In this document: one piece after another, positions 1 through 9,493 of the stretch | How the letters are laid out: each line of letters starts with the position of its first letter | How positions within the stretch are numbered: the first letter of the stretch is position 1 | Assembly: GCA_021814545.1 (NCBI GenBank) | Contig: JAKAID010000001.1 | Span: 107,910 to 171,909, forward strand | Reading direction: 5' to 3' | DNA length: 64,000 nucleotides | Source of the DNA: a bacterium | GTDB lineage: Bacteria > Patescibacteriota > Minisyncoccia > UBA6257 > GWB1-50-10 | Notes under the pieces: model-generated | Databases searched by the model: none | Told to the model about the DNA's origin: nothing | What the model saw: the letters and a program-made list of their open reading frames with translations, nothing else | Position numbers and translations under genes: made by a program

Positions 1-1
1 T

Positions 2-1372
2 GATTTTTCTGTGCGCAACGGCTGGAAAGTCACGCTCATGGGCCAGAACGGTGCGGGCAAAAGCACCATTTTTTCGCTTATCACGGGCGCCGCACACCCC
101 GAATCCGGTTCGGTACATATCACGAAGGGTATGTCGATAGCGATCGCGCGCCAAGTCATTCCCCGCGATGAGCTCGACCTTACCGTGCGCGAGTTTTTCG
201 AAAAATGTTTTTCTAAAAAAGTGTACGATATTGACCCTCGCATCGACGAGGTTCTCGAAGTGGTGAACGTGAAGGCACCCCACGACCGCATCGTGCGCTC
301 ATTTTCCGGCGGCCAGCAGGCGCGCCTCCTCCTTGCCTCCGCGCTCATCCAGAAGCCGGACCTTCTTTTGCTCGACGAGCCGACGAACAACCTTGATAAG
401 GCGGGCATCGCGCACCTCACGCAATTCCTCATGGATTATAAAAAGACCTGCATCGTCATTTCTCACGACGCGCAGTTCTTGAACGCATTCACGAAGGGTG
501 TGCTCTACCTCGATATTCATACGCGGAAAATCGAGCAGTACGTCGGCAATTATACCGACGTGGTTGCTGACATCGCGGCGCGTATCGAAAAAGAGAACCG
601 CAAGAATGCACTGCTCGCAAAAGAGATACAGGAAAACAAAGATAAGGCGAACTTCTTCGCACATAAGGGCGGACAGATGCGCCTTGTCGCGAAGAAAATG
701 AGGGAGAAGGTTGAGGAGATGGAAGAGCAGATCGTCGATGTCCGCAAAGAAGATAAAACCATCCGTCCCTTTGTCATCCCCGCACAGCCAGAGGTTGTGG
801 GCGAGATACTGAAGATACACGCCTATACGATTTTCAAAGATCACAAGCCCGTTACCAAGAAGGCGAATGTTTCGGTGAAAAAGAACCAGCACCTCCTCCT
901 TTCCGGCCCCAACGGTATCGGCAAGAGTACGCTCCTTGAGTCCGTCGCGAAAGGCGGCAAGGGCTCTTCCATCGCCGAGGGCGTGCGCGTGGGTTACTAT
1001 CGCCAGGATTTCTCAACGCTCAATTTTGACGATACGGTATATCACGCGCTTGCGTCCGTGAAAGAAAGCGTGGGTGAGGAAGAACTCCGCTCAACCGCCG
1101 CAGGATTTCTCATAGATGAAACGCTCATGAAGAAGCGCATTGGGACGCTTTCGGAGGGCCAGAAAGGCTTGGTGGCGCTGGCACAGCTTGTACTCCTCCG
1201 CCCCGGGCTTCTCATTCTCGACGAGCCGACGAACCACATGAATTTCCGCCACTTGCCGGTCATCGCCGCCGCACTCAATAAATATGATGGCGCAATGGTA
1301 TTAGTAAGCCACGTGCCGGAATTCGTAGCGCAGATACGCATCGACGAAGAGCTCAATATCGGAAAAGAATAA
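2..1372 (+). CDS. ABC-F family ATPase (tandem ABC domains; Uup/EttA-like), 5' end probably outside window
   Basis: Two Walker A motifs (GQNGAGKST; GPNGIGKST), two signature motifs (LSGGQQARL; LSEGQKGLV), two Walker B motifs (LLLLDEPTNNLD; LILDEPTNHMD) and a charged inter-domain linker. The first Walker A sits only ~12 aa after the first in-window start (GTG at 11), with no upstream in-frame stop. Confidence 0.85.
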   Translation, partial: DFSVRNGWKVTLMGQNGAGKSTIFSLITGAAHPESGSVHITKGMSIAIARQVIPRDELDLTVREFFEKCFSKKVYDIDPRIDEVLEVVNVKAPHDRIVRSFSGGQQARLLLASALIQKPDLLLLDEPTNNLDKAGIAHLTQFLMDYKKTCIVISHDAQFLNAFTKGVLYLDIHTRKIEQYVGNYTDVVADIAARIEKENRKNALLAKEIQENKDKANFFAHKGGQMRLVAKKMREKVEEMEEQIVDVRKEDKTIRPFVIPAQPEVVGEILKIHAYTIFKDHKPVTKKANVSVKKNQHLLLSGPNGIGKSTLLESVAKGGKGSSIAEGVRVGYYRQDFSTLNFDDTVYHALASVKESVGEEELRSTAAGFLIDETLMKKRIGTLSEGQKGLVALAQLVLLRPGLLILDEPTNHMNFRHLPVIAAALNKYDGAMVLVSHVPEFVAQIRIDEELNIGKE

Positions 1373-1403
1373 GCATAAAACCCCCGCGTTGCGGAGGTTT
1401 TTA

Positions 1404-2669
1404 TTATTCGCTATGGCGTGGGCCGCGATGACGGAAGCGTGGCGGACGTCGTCCGCGGAAGTGGCTGCGGTCCATATGCGGGAAATGATGGCGATGGCTG
1501 CGCTCTTCACGTTCCGCAGGAATGCCTGTTTTTACTTTCGGCAACGGCTGCGGAAGCTCAGGGAGTCTGCTTACCGGTAAGCTCGCGCGGATGAGGCGTT
1601 CGATAGAGCGGATGTCGTCGCGTTGGTTCGGCCGTGCGAAAGAAATGGCATGGCCGCTTACCCCTGCCCTACCCGTGCGCCCGATGCGGTGCACGTAATC
1701 CTCGGCATTTTCAGGAAGGTCGTAATTAATGACAAGTTCGATGTTGCTCACGTCAATGCCGCGTGCTGCAATATCGGTCGCGACCAGCACGCGGTAGCGC
1801 CCCGTTTTGAACCCCTCAAGCGCCTCGCGCCGCTGGCCGAGCGAGCGATTCGAATGTATCTCCGCTGCGGTGTGACCCAAAAAGCGTACGGTTGCTGCGA
1901 TGCGTTTCGCGTTATGCTTGGTACGCGAGAATACGAGCACCGAGCCGCGATAATCCTGCAGGATTTTTTCCAAAAGGCGAGATTTGTCTTCCTGTGGGAC
2001 GATGAACAATTCTTGCGAAACATCTTTTGCGGTACTTCCCGGGCGCGCGATTTCGACGCGGATAGGAAGTTTCATGTAGGAGCGCGCGATGGCCACTATC
2101 TCTTCCGGCATGGTTGCTGAAAAGAGCATTGTTTGACGCTCCGCGGGAACCGCTGCGACGATCTGTTTTAGCTGCGGCGCAAATCCCATGTCGAGCATGC
2201 GGTCTGCCTCGTCGAGCACTAGCATGTGTACGTTCGCCAGCGATACCGTGCGCTGGTCGAGGTGGTCTATCATGCGTCCCGGCGTGCAGATGATGATATC
2301 AGGTTTCCGTGCGAGGCTGCGAAGCTGTCGCGGCATGGGCTCGCCTCCGATAAGTACCGCGGTCTTTACACCAAGCGGCTGGCCTATTTTTTGGAGCGAT
2401 TCCGCTACCTGAAGCGCCAGTTCGCGCGTGGGAACCACAATAAGGCCGAGGCCTGCGCCGCCCAAAACGCGCTGGAGCATCGGAATGCCGAATGCGTAGG
2501 TCTTTCCTGTACCCGTTTGTGCGATACCCATCACGTCCCTGCCCTCGATGCCTGCCGGTATCGATTGCTCCTGGATAGGGGTAGGAGAAGTGAGGTTATG
2601 TTTTACAAGAACAGAAAGGATGCCGGGGGCAATACCGAGTCCCGCAAAGGTTTTCTTGTCATTATTCAT
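1404..2669 (-). CDS. DEAD-box ATP-dependent RNA helicase with Arg-rich C-terminal tail
   Basis: Motifs AQTGTGKT, PTRELA, DEAD, SAT and HRIGRTGRAG; the tail is R/H-rich (RGRRPPRFRHRGPRH). Confidence 0.9.
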   Translation of the reverse strand: MNNDKKTFAGLGIAPGILSVLVKHNLTSPTPIQEQSIPAGIEGRDVMGIAQTGTGKTYAFGIPMLQRVLGGAGLGLIVVPTRELALQVAESLQKIGQPLGVKTAVLIGGEPMPRQLRSLARKPDIIICTPGRMIDHLDQRTVSLANVHMLVLDEADRMLDMGFAPQLKQIVAAVPAERQTMLFSATMPEEIVAIARSYMKLPIRVEIARPGSTAKDVSQELFIVPQEDKSRLLEKILQDYRGSVLVFSRTKHNAKRIAATVRFLGHTAAEIHSNRSLGQRREALEGFKTGRYRVLVATDIAARGIDVSNIELVINYDLPENAEDYVHRIGRTGRAGVSGHAISFARPNQRDDIRSIERLIRASLPVSRLPELPQPLPKVKTGIPAEREERSHRHHFPHMDRSHFRGRRPPRFRHRGPRHSE

Positions 2670-2716
2670 AGCCGACCCATTCTATCACGTTGACAAAAAT
2701 AAAGATAGTATGCGGG

Positions 2717-3445
2717 CTATCGCGCTGAAAATGACGCGGTGCGCACGATGCGGTCAAGGAGCCCGCGTACGCGATTCTCATCGAACTCATGCAGGCCGAA
2801 CGAGGCGGGATAATTTTCAAGATACGTCGAGTGGATGACGTATTCGAGCACCACGCACTGGCCGTTGTGTACAGTTGCGTAGGTGGTGGTGTCATAACGA
2901 TTCCCCGCGGCAGCACCGGAATCTTTTGAGATGCGATACGGCACGCCATTTATTGTTTCGTTCGAAATGCTCGAACGGTATTGGTCGGGCAGTTGGTATT
3001 CAAGGCACTGCGTGACCGCAGTGGGGTCATCACTCTCACCTACCGTCAATGTTGCATCAAGAAAATTGGACATCGGCTCGAATAATTTCGGCACGGTAAT
3101 AGAGAGGAGTTTCACGCCGCTTACGCCGTTCGAATCTCTGCGCCATTCGCTCGTATCCATCCATCCGAATTCCTCGAGTGGAAGATCGATGGGGCTTTTA
3201 ATGGAAAAATGAGCACGGTCTATGTCGAACTCGCTCCACTGCGACTGGTCCGCGTAGCTCGGCGGCGCAATAGCTGCGCAGCGGAACGGCGTGAGTATCC
3301 GCTCTTTTTCTGCGCCATACCTGACACCAAGGAAAAACCCGAGTAGTGGCAATACTACAAGCATACCGAGCGCAAGAAGTTTTGAGTACCATGTTACTCT
3401 GCTCCATGCTGGGTGTGCGTGGAGGAATTTACGGAGCTTATTCAT
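2717..3445 (-). CDS. hypothetical membrane-anchored protein (single N-terminal TM, extracytoplasmic domain)
   Basis: Hydrophobic segment LLALGMLVVLPLLGFFLGV. Sits downstream of and co-directional with the ABC permease. Start chosen at MNKLRKF (ATGAATAA overlap with the upstream stop); the longer 3481 start is also possible. Confidence 0.5.
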   Translation of the reverse strand: MNKLRKFLHAHPAWSRVTWYSKLLALGMLVVLPLLGFFLGVRYGAEKERILTPFRCAAIAPPSYADQSQWSEFDIDRAHFSIKSPIDLPLEEFGWMDTSEWRRDSNGVSGVKLLSITVPKLFEPMSNFLDATLTVGESDDPTAVTQCLEYQLPDQYRSSISNETINGVPYRISKDSGAAAGNRYDTTTYATVHNGQCVVLEYVIHSTYLENYPASFGLHEFDENRVRGLLDRIVRTASFSAR

Positions 3446-4643
3446 AGCGTAAGGCTTCTGCCGCATCCATTTTTGCCGCACGACGTGCGGGGAAAAATCC
3501 TGCGACCATGCCTGTGATGAATGTTATCACAAGAATAACCGCAAGTCCCAAAAAATCGAGCGCAGCGAACGAAAAAAGTCCGCCGATGCCAAGGCCTTCC
3601 GCTGTGAGTCCGATAAGATATGCAATGAAAATTCCTATTATCTCCCCTATTATGCCGCCGAAAAGTCCGATGATGCCTGCCTCGAAAAGGAAGAGCGCCA
3701 AAATACTTTCGCTCGAGGCGCCAACTGCTTTTAAGATGCCTATTTGTTTTGTGCGCTCAAGCACCGAGGTATACATGGTGTTCATTACGCCGACGGCACC
3801 CACGATGAGCGAAACGAGCGCCACCACGATGAGTACGAACTCGATGATGCCGAGCACACTCCCCACCAGGCGGTTCGCCTTCATCGAAGTAAACACGGCA
3901 AAATCCCTCACCACTTCCTGACGTTCAAGGCGTGCGCGTATCTGGCGTGCAATGACGTTGATGTTGTACTGCGGGTCTATTTTTACGATGGCAGAGATGA
4001 CGCCACGCCTGTCGGTCAGCAGGTGGAAGTTGTCGAGCGAGAGATAGGCAGAATTGTCGTCTTCTTGGCTGCCGATTCTATCGAGCACGCCCGACACGAT
4101 AATGCGCTTCGAGGAACCGAAGATTATCTCGTCCCCCGCGTGCACGCGTTTATTGAAAAGTTCCGTTGCTGAAAGATAGCCAAGCACTACTTTATTCTCT
4201 GCGTCGTTGTCCGGCCACGCGCCCTCGATAAGTTTTGCTCCCTGCATCTCCTCAAATACGGTGCGCATGCTCTTCCAGCGCACGCCGTGCACCATCATTG
4301 TTTCTTTCTGCCCATTGAACTCTACATTGAACATTGCAATGTCAACCGGCGAAGCGAGCCGGACTCCTGGAACAGTCTCGAGGTCCATAATGTCCCGCTC
4401 CCTGAACCTTTGGCCGCCGAAGAGTGCGTTCACGGGGTTCGTTTCCTTTCCTGGGAAGATGGCTATCATATCGGAGCCGAACATGCTCAATGCCTTGGAA
4501 ACCGCATTTTGGACGCCGGAGCCGAGCGCAAAAATGCACACGACGAGCATCACCGCGATGACAATGCCGAGTACGGTGAGCCAGCTCCTGAGGGGCCGGT
4601 AGCGGATGCCTTTCAACGTGAGTAGTATGAAATCTTCGAACAT
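3438..4643 (-). CDS. ABC transporter permease, FtsX/MacB-like (periplasmic MacB_PCD-type domain plus C-terminal 3-4 TM)
   Basis: N-terminal TM (LTVLGIVIAVMLVV), large extracytoplasmic domain, C-terminal FtsX-type TM bundle; co-operonic with ABC ATPase and HlyD adaptor. Confidence 0.85.
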   Translation of the reverse strand: MFEDFILLTLKGIRYRPLRSWLTVLGIVIAVMLVVCIFALGSGVQNAVSKALSMFGSDMIAIFPGKETNPVNALFGGQRFRERDIMDLETVPGVRLASPVDIAMFNVEFNGQKETMMVHGVRWKSMRTVFEEMQGAKLIEGAWPDNDAENKVVLGYLSATELFNKRVHAGDEIIFGSSKRIIVSGVLDRIGSQEDDNSAYLSLDNFHLLTDRRGVISAIVKIDPQYNINVIARQIRARLERQEVVRDFAVFTSMKANRLVGSVLGIIEFVLIVVALVSLIVGAVGVMNTMYTSVLERTKQIGILKAVGASSESILALFLFEAGIIGLFGGIIGEIIGIFIAYLIGLTAEGLGIGGLFSFAALDFLGLAVILVITFITGMVAGFFPARRAAKMDAAEALRYE

Positions 4644-4644
4644 A

Positions 4645-5517
4645 CTATTCGGTATATGTTGCTTTGTGCACGTGGTGGTCGGGTACCAATGCGCCGTCTT
4701 TCAGCGTTATTATTTCATCGGCTTTTTCCGCAATGTCTTTGTCGTGGGTCACCACCACGAGCGTCTTACTTTGGGTCCGATTCAGCCTAATGAGAGAATC
4801 AAGGAGCATATTGCCGGTTTTCGAATCAAGGTTGCCCGTTGGCTCGTCGCCGAAGATGATGGCGGGGTCGTTCGCCAAGGCGCGGATAAGCGCTACGCGT
4901 TGTTGCTCGCCGCCGGAAAGTTCTGTGGGGTGGTGCATGAGCCGTTCGCCGAGGCCCATTTCAGCAAATCGCTTCCGCGTGTGTTCCATGCGTTCGCCGT
5001 GCGCGTCTCGCGCAAAAATAAGCGGTATTGTCGCGTTCTCGTAGGCATTGAGCCACGGGATAAGGTTATATTGCTGGAACACGAAGCCGAACACGGTCGA
5101 GCGCAAGGATGCCGTTTCTTCTTCGGACATCGTTGATGTGTCTACTCCGCGCACGAATACTTTCCCCTTCGTCGGTTTATCGAGAAGGCCCATGATGTTT
5201 AAGAGTGTGCTTTTCCCCGAGCCGCTCGGGCCGATAATAGAAACAAAATCGCCCTCCCAAATGTGCACATCAACGTCGTGTAAGATGCGCGTTTCAAGCC
5301 TCCCCGTGGTAAACGACTTGTACACGCCATCAAGATGAATGAACGGCGTTCCTAAATATTTTTTCGGATTTTTCTTGAAACGCTCAAGGCAGCCCTCTCC
5401 GCAGAAGTGATACTCCTTCCCTTCGTGCGCATAGGGAAGCGCCTGCGGGAATGTCTGAAGGTGCATCCCGCACACCAGGTCTATCTTTTTTGAGATGCGT
5501 TCGTGTTCAGCGTGCAT
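4645..5517 (-). CDS. ABC transporter ATP-binding protein (MacB/LolD-type) with N-terminal YHS/TRASH-like Cys motif
   Basis: N-terminal CGMH...YHFCGEGCLERF (YHS-like metal-binding signature), then Walker [10 protein letters not shown], signature LSGGEQQRVALIRAL and Walker [13 protein letters not shown]. Confidence 0.85.
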   Translation of the reverse strand: MHAEHERISKKIDLVCGMHLQTFPQALPYAHEGKEYHFCGEGCLERFKKNPKKYLGTPFIHLDGVYKSFTTGRLETRILHDVDVHIWEGDFVSIIGPSGSGKSTLLNIMGLLDKPTKGKVFVRGVDTSTMSEEETASLRSTVFGFVFQQYNLIPWLNAYENATIPLIFARDAHGERMEHTRKRFAEMGLGERLMHHPTELSGGEQQRVALIRALANDPAIIFGDEPTGNLDSKTGNMLLDSLIRLNRTQSKTLVVVTHDKDIAEKADEIITLKDGALVPDHHVHKATYTE

Positions 5518-5526
5518 TGCGCGCGG

Positions 5527-7095
5527 CTATTGATTCGCGGGCACCTGGACGATATCACCCGCATTGAGACCTTCCGTTATTTCCGTGTCCTCATTGTCCG
5601 AAATGCCGGACTTAACTTCCGTTTCTTTGGCAACGCCGTTTACCACGCGCAATACATACGTGCGCTCATCTTTTTTGTAGATGGCGACAGAGGGGATTTT
5701 TATCACATCATTTTTTGCGATGCCCGCGATAACAAGGTCGGCGCGCATTCCCGAACGCACAATGTTGCCTTCCGCCGCGGCAACCGAGGGGTCAAAAAAG
5801 ATATTCACACGGTAGAACGTATCCCCTTCTTTGATTATTTCTTTGGGGTCTATCGAAATAACTTGTCCTTCGTAGGCGGCGCCAGGGAAGGCATCGAATT
5901 TGATAGTGACCCTGCCCCCATCGTTCGGGCGTACTTTGCCGATATCGAGCTCGGATACGTCCGACTGCATTTTAAGCTCTGCCATCGAAAGCGTGATTGC
6001 CGGTTTTCCCGGGACGAATACTTCGCGCCGCTCGTAGCCGATGTCGGAAATGGTGCCATTCGCGGGTGCGTAGAGTGTTGCCTTTGCGCGGCGGTCTTCT
6101 GCTGCGCCTATCTCGCTCTTTACCTCGTCTATCTGTGCGATGGCAATGGCAATTTCTTCTGCGCGTGTTCCTGCGCGCTTTAACGTCAGCTCATTCTCCG
6201 CAATAGTAAGCGCTGCCCGCGCCGCCGCAATTTTTTCCTTCGCTGACGCGAGATTAGTTATTGCTACGCCCACGCTCAATCTGCCCGCGGACACATTTGT
6301 TCTCCATGTATCGATGGTGGTTTGTGCGACCGCCGCATTGGGCTGGAGCGTATTCAATATTTGCGTCGCCTTGTCGCTCAGGGCGCGTGCGAGCGTGAGT
6401 CCGGTATCTGCCATCGTGGTTGCCGCGGTAAGGTCACTCGAAGTCGTAAGCGATGAGATTGCAGCGTTCCATGTTTTGAGGCGCGATTCGAGCGCGAGAC
6501 GGAGTGCCTCGATGTCTATTTTGGTTTGCGGATCGCTTGGCGAGAATGATAGCTGTGGCGAGGTGTTCGGGTTGTTGAACAGCGGGTCTATCTTATTGCG
6601 TACGGTATCGTCGGCTCGCGTGAATGCGTCCGTGAGCGCCGTCACAAGGACGGTTTTCGCACTTTCGTATTCTGCCTGCGCACGTTCTACGTTCGCTTGG
6701 GAAACGCCTTCGTCCTCAAGCGTGGCGCCCGCTTTCAATTTGTTCAGATTCGCTTGGCTTTGCGTTAATACCGCATCCAACCTTGAGAGTTCGAAATCGA
6801 TATCCTTCGTTTCAAGCTTCATGAGCGCCTCGCCACGCGTGATTTTGTCGCCTTTCGCCACAAAAATGCGGTCGATGATGCCAGAGTAAGGAAATTCAAG
6901 GCTGAATTCCTTAACGGGAACCACCTCGCCCCTCACATTCACGATTTCTTGAATGGGGCCCCGTTCTGCTTTGAATGTAATGACCTCGGATACGGGAGCA
7001 GAAAAATACTTGTGGTAGACCCAATATCCCGTAAGCGCAACGCCCAAAAACACGATTACCCCGAGATACATCGTTATCCTTCTCATTGCCTTCAT
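5527..7095 (-). CDS. HlyD/MacA-family periplasmic adaptor (membrane fusion protein) with long coiled coil
   Basis: N-terminal TM, biotinyl/lipoyl-like beta segments (VVPVKEFSLEFPYSGII..GDKITRGEALMKL), extended alpha-helical hairpin, C-terminal beta-barrel; first gene of the MFP-ATPase-permease operon. Confidence 0.8.
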   Translation of the reverse strand: MKAMRRITMYLGVIVFLGVALTGYWVYHKYFSAPVSEVITFKAERGPIQEIVNVRGEVVPVKEFSLEFPYSGIIDRIFVAKGDKITRGEALMKLETKDIDFELSRLDAVLTQSQANLNKLKAGATLEDEGVSQANVERAQAEYESAKTVLVTALTDAFTRADDTVRNKIDPLFNNPNTSPQLSFSPSDPQTKIDIEALRLALESRLKTWNAAISSLTTSSDLTAATTMADTGLTLARALSDKATQILNTLQPNAAVAQTTIDTWRTNVSAGRLSVGVAITNLASAKEKIAAARAALTIAENELTLKRAGTRAEEIAIAIAQIDEVKSEIGAAEDRRAKATLYAPANGTISDIGYERREVFVPGKPAITLSMAELKMQSDVSELDIGKVRPNDGGRVTIKFDAFPGAAYEGQVISIDPKEIIKEGDTFYRVNIFFDPSVAAAEGNIVRSGMRADLVIAGIAKNDVIKIPSVAIYKKDERTYVLRVVNGVAKETEVKSGISDNEDTEITEGLNAGDIVQVPANQ

Positions 7096-7160
7096 TATAA
7101 CAAGTTCAGAGTTCTGAATGTTATAATGTGGTAAAGGTCGTTAATAATTATTCATGCCCT

Positions 7161-7385
7161 ATGAAAGCATTGCATGTCGCCACGTTCATCCTTCTGCTTA
7201 TCGGGGGATTGAACTGGCTCGTGGTTGCGATCGCCGAACTCGTGTACGGCCAGCAGTTTGACCTTGTTACCTGGCTTTTCGGTTCATGGCCGGCAGTAGT
7301 GAACGTAGTCTATCTTGCGGTCGGCTTGTCCGCGGTGTACCAGGCGTGGTCTCATCCGAGGGACTGCAAGGTTTGCTCGATGTAG
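7161..7385 (+). CDS. DUF378-family small membrane protein
   Basis: MKALHVATFILLLIGGLNWLVVAI.. matches the DUF378 GGLNWGLVG-type motif; two TM helices. The 7128 start is also possible. Confidence 0.6.
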   Translation: MKALHVATFILLLIGGLNWLVVAIAELVYGQQFDLVTWLFGSWPAVVNVVYLAVGLSAVYQAWSHPRDCKVCSM

Positions 7386-7394
7386 GCGGAAAAA

Positions 7395-7417
7395 CACGGC
7401 CGTACGGCCGTGTTTTT
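7395..7417. terminator. bidirectional intrinsic terminator (perfect palindrome CACGGCCG-TA-CGGCCGTG flanked by A5/T5)
   Basis: Seen in sequence between the convergent DUF378 gene and the pseudouridine synthase gene. Confidence 0.6.
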
Positions 7418-8120
7418 ACTTTGTTTCTTTTATTGCGGCGACCTCTTCTTCGGTAAGAGGCCGGAACTTGCCCGATTCGATACCCTTCAAAGTAATCGGC
7501 CCCACGCGCAATCGCTTGAGCTGGTGGATGGTGAGGTGGAGCGCATCGCACATACGACGTATTTGGTGTTTTCGCCCCTCTTTCAAGGTGAGCTTGAACG
7601 TGTGCGGACTCACGAGGCGTGCCCTTGCGGGGAGCGTTTTTCCGTCAGAGAGCATAATACCTTCTTCCATTTTACGGAGCTTGCTCGGAGAGAGCGGCTC
7701 TGCCACCGTTACCTCATATTCCTTTTCAATACGGTGGTCAATGCCCGTGACTGTCGATGTTATCGTGCCGTCATTCGAGAGCAGAAGGAGCCCCTCGCTT
7801 TCCTTGTCGAGCCTTCCCACGGTATTCAAATATGTGTACTGCGGAAGAAGGTCGAATACGGTCGGGCCTTCGGATTTTATTTTTGACGAAACGATACCGC
7901 GTGGCTTATTGAACGCGAGCGTAAGTTTTTTACCGAGCGCGGGCGCCGCTTCCTTTACTATCTCCACCCTATCCCTTTCCGGGTCAATTTGCGTGCCCAA
8001 CTCGCGCACCACCACGCCGTTCACTGTAATAAAACCCTTCCGCATGAAGTCCTCAGCTTCCCTGCGTGAGAGTATTTTGCGTTCCGAAAGGTATTTTTGA
8101 ATGCGCATCATTTCGCTCAT
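7416..8120 (-). CDS. rRNA pseudouridine synthase, RsuA/RluB family (S4 domain plus PseudoU_synth_2)
   Basis: N-terminal S4 motif (MRIQKYLSERKILSRREAEDFMRKGFITVNG) and catalytic Asp motif GRLDKESEGLLLLSNDG. Confidence 0.85.
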   Translation of the reverse strand: MSEMMRIQKYLSERKILSRREAEDFMRKGFITVNGVVVRELGTQIDPERDRVEIVKEAAPALGKKLTLAFNKPRGIVSSKIKSEGPTVFDLLPQYTYLNTVGRLDKESEGLLLLSNDGTITSTVTGIDHRIEKEYEVTVAEPLSPSKLRKMEEGIMLSDGKTLPARARLVSPHTFKLTLKEGRKHQIRRMCDALHLTIHQLKRLRVGPITLKGIESGKFRPLTEEEVAAIKETK

Positions 8121-8190
8121 TATCCTACTTGATGCGATAAAAAATGGAAAGCGGGCAGCGCAAAATGCGCCGCCCGCTTGAGATACGGGG

Positions 8191-8445
8191 TTAGGCCTTC
8201 CCGCGGTAGCGGCGGAAGAACTTGCCCTCCATGGGCCTCGTCTCGCCCTTCACGTCGAGCATGATGTGCTGCTTGTAGGGCAGCCCCGCCGCGAGGGGGA
8301 TGTTCTCGACGGCGCAGACGAGGAAAGGCCCCTCGCTGCCGAGCTGCTTCTTCAGCTGCCAGAGCTTCTTCGCGTCCATGCTGTTCGGGTCAAGCTCCAC
8401 GAGCGTGTGATTCGTGAACTGCTTCATGCGCAGCTCTTCGGACAT
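8191..8445 (-). CDS. hypothetical small protein, very high GC3 (compositionally atypical)
   Basis: ORF with strong SD (GGGAGG 8 nt upstream of ATG at 8445). Codon third positions are almost all G/C, unlike neighbouring genes. No recognisable domain. Confidence 0.45.
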   Translation of the reverse strand: MSEELRMKQFTNHTLVELDPNSMDAKKLWQLKKQLGSEGPFLVCAVENIPLAAGLPYKQHIMLDVKGETRPMEGKFFRRYRGKA

Positions 8446-8503
8446 TCCCCTGCCTCCCTTTTGGGTCAAGTGTGTTAATGCAGCTGTTCACCAGCCTAAA
8501 AAA

Positions 8504-9487
8504 TCAGCGCGTTTTTGTCAATTTATGCATTTTTATGACCGCGTCCACTTCTTCTGCGCGGTGAGTCCCCATAAGCGCCACCCGGAGCTCTTTTGCTCCG
8601 TCAAAGCCGTGTGCGTATGCCTTGAAATGCTTTTTCATAATGTCGAAATTCTTTATTCCCTTGTACATTTTTTCGTAGAGCGTTACGTGTTCCGCAAGAA
8701 CGCGCAGCCTCTCTTTCGTTGTGGGGACTTTTTTCCGCTTTTTTTCGTTGAAAAGCCAGGGGTTCCCGAAAATGCCGCGGCCTATCATAACGCCGTCAAG
8801 CCCGTAGCGTTCCGCCTTTTCTTTCGCCTCGCTAAGGTTTTTTACATCGCCGTTTCCCAGGATGAGCGTGTGTCCGCGCGGCGTGCCGTATTTTTTCGCA
8901 AGCATCGCCGCACCTTCAAGCGCATCCCAATGCGCAGGGACTTTTGACATCTCCTTGCGCGTACGCGCATGGATAACGATTGCCGCCGGTTCGGCCTCAA
9001 GGAGTGCGGGAAGCCACGTACTCATCGTATTTTCTCTGTAGCCGATGCGGGTTTTAACGGACACGGGGATGTCTCCCGCGCCGCGCTTCGCCGCCGCGAT
9101 AAGCTCCGCGGCAAGTTCTGGGTTCTTTATGAGCGCTGCACCCGCCCCCTGCTTTTCTATCGCGCGGTCAGGACACCCCATATTAATATCAACCCCATCA
9201 AAGCCGAGCTCTACTACAAGCGCCGCAGACTCTTCCATTTGCTCCGGGTCTGCGCCAAAAAGCTGCGCTACGATGGGGCGTTCGCTTTTGTGGTAGAGAA
9301 GGTCGATGCATAATCGCTTCCTCCCCTTTTCCGAACAAAGGCCCGCCGAGGAGACGAATTCGGTGTACATAACATCCGGCTTTCCGTATTTCGCGATAAT
9401 GCGCCGGAATGCCGCATCCGTAACATCCGCCATCGGCGCAAGCGCCACGATGGGCCTTTTTAATTTCTCCCAAAACCCGCGTACCAT
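8504..9487 (-). CDS. dus: tRNA-dihydrouridine synthase
   Basis: IVALAPMADVTDAAFRRI.. Dus TIM-barrel signature, conserved Cys (MGCP) and FMN-binding residues. Confidence 0.85.
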   Translation of the reverse strand: MVRGFWEKLKRPIVALAPMADVTDAAFRRIIAKYGKPDVMYTEFVSSAGLCSEKGRKRLCIDLLYHKSERPIVAQLFGADPEQMEESAALVVELGFDGVDINMGCPDRAIEKQGAGAALIKNPELAAELIAAAKRGAGDIPVSVKTRIGYRENTMSTWLPALLEAEPAAIVIHARTRKEMSKVPAHWDALEGAAMLAKKYGTPRGHTLILGNGDVKNLSEAKEKAERYGLDGVMIGRGIFGNPWLFNEKKRKKVPTTKERLRVLAEHVTLYEKMYKGIKNFDIMKKHFKAYAHGFDGAKELRVALMGTHRAEEVDAVIKMHKLTKTR

Positions 9488-9493
9488 AGGCTG

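Noticed and set aside
299-892. 197-aa minus-strand ORF and other long antisense ORFs (e.g. 6140-6889, 7315-8100, 14647-15573, 16806-17970, 33663-34484, 37796-38203)
   Set aside because: All lie antisense to strongly supported genes. Their translations are Arg/Ser/His-rich low-complexity, which is typical of stop-poor frames in ~57% GC DNA.
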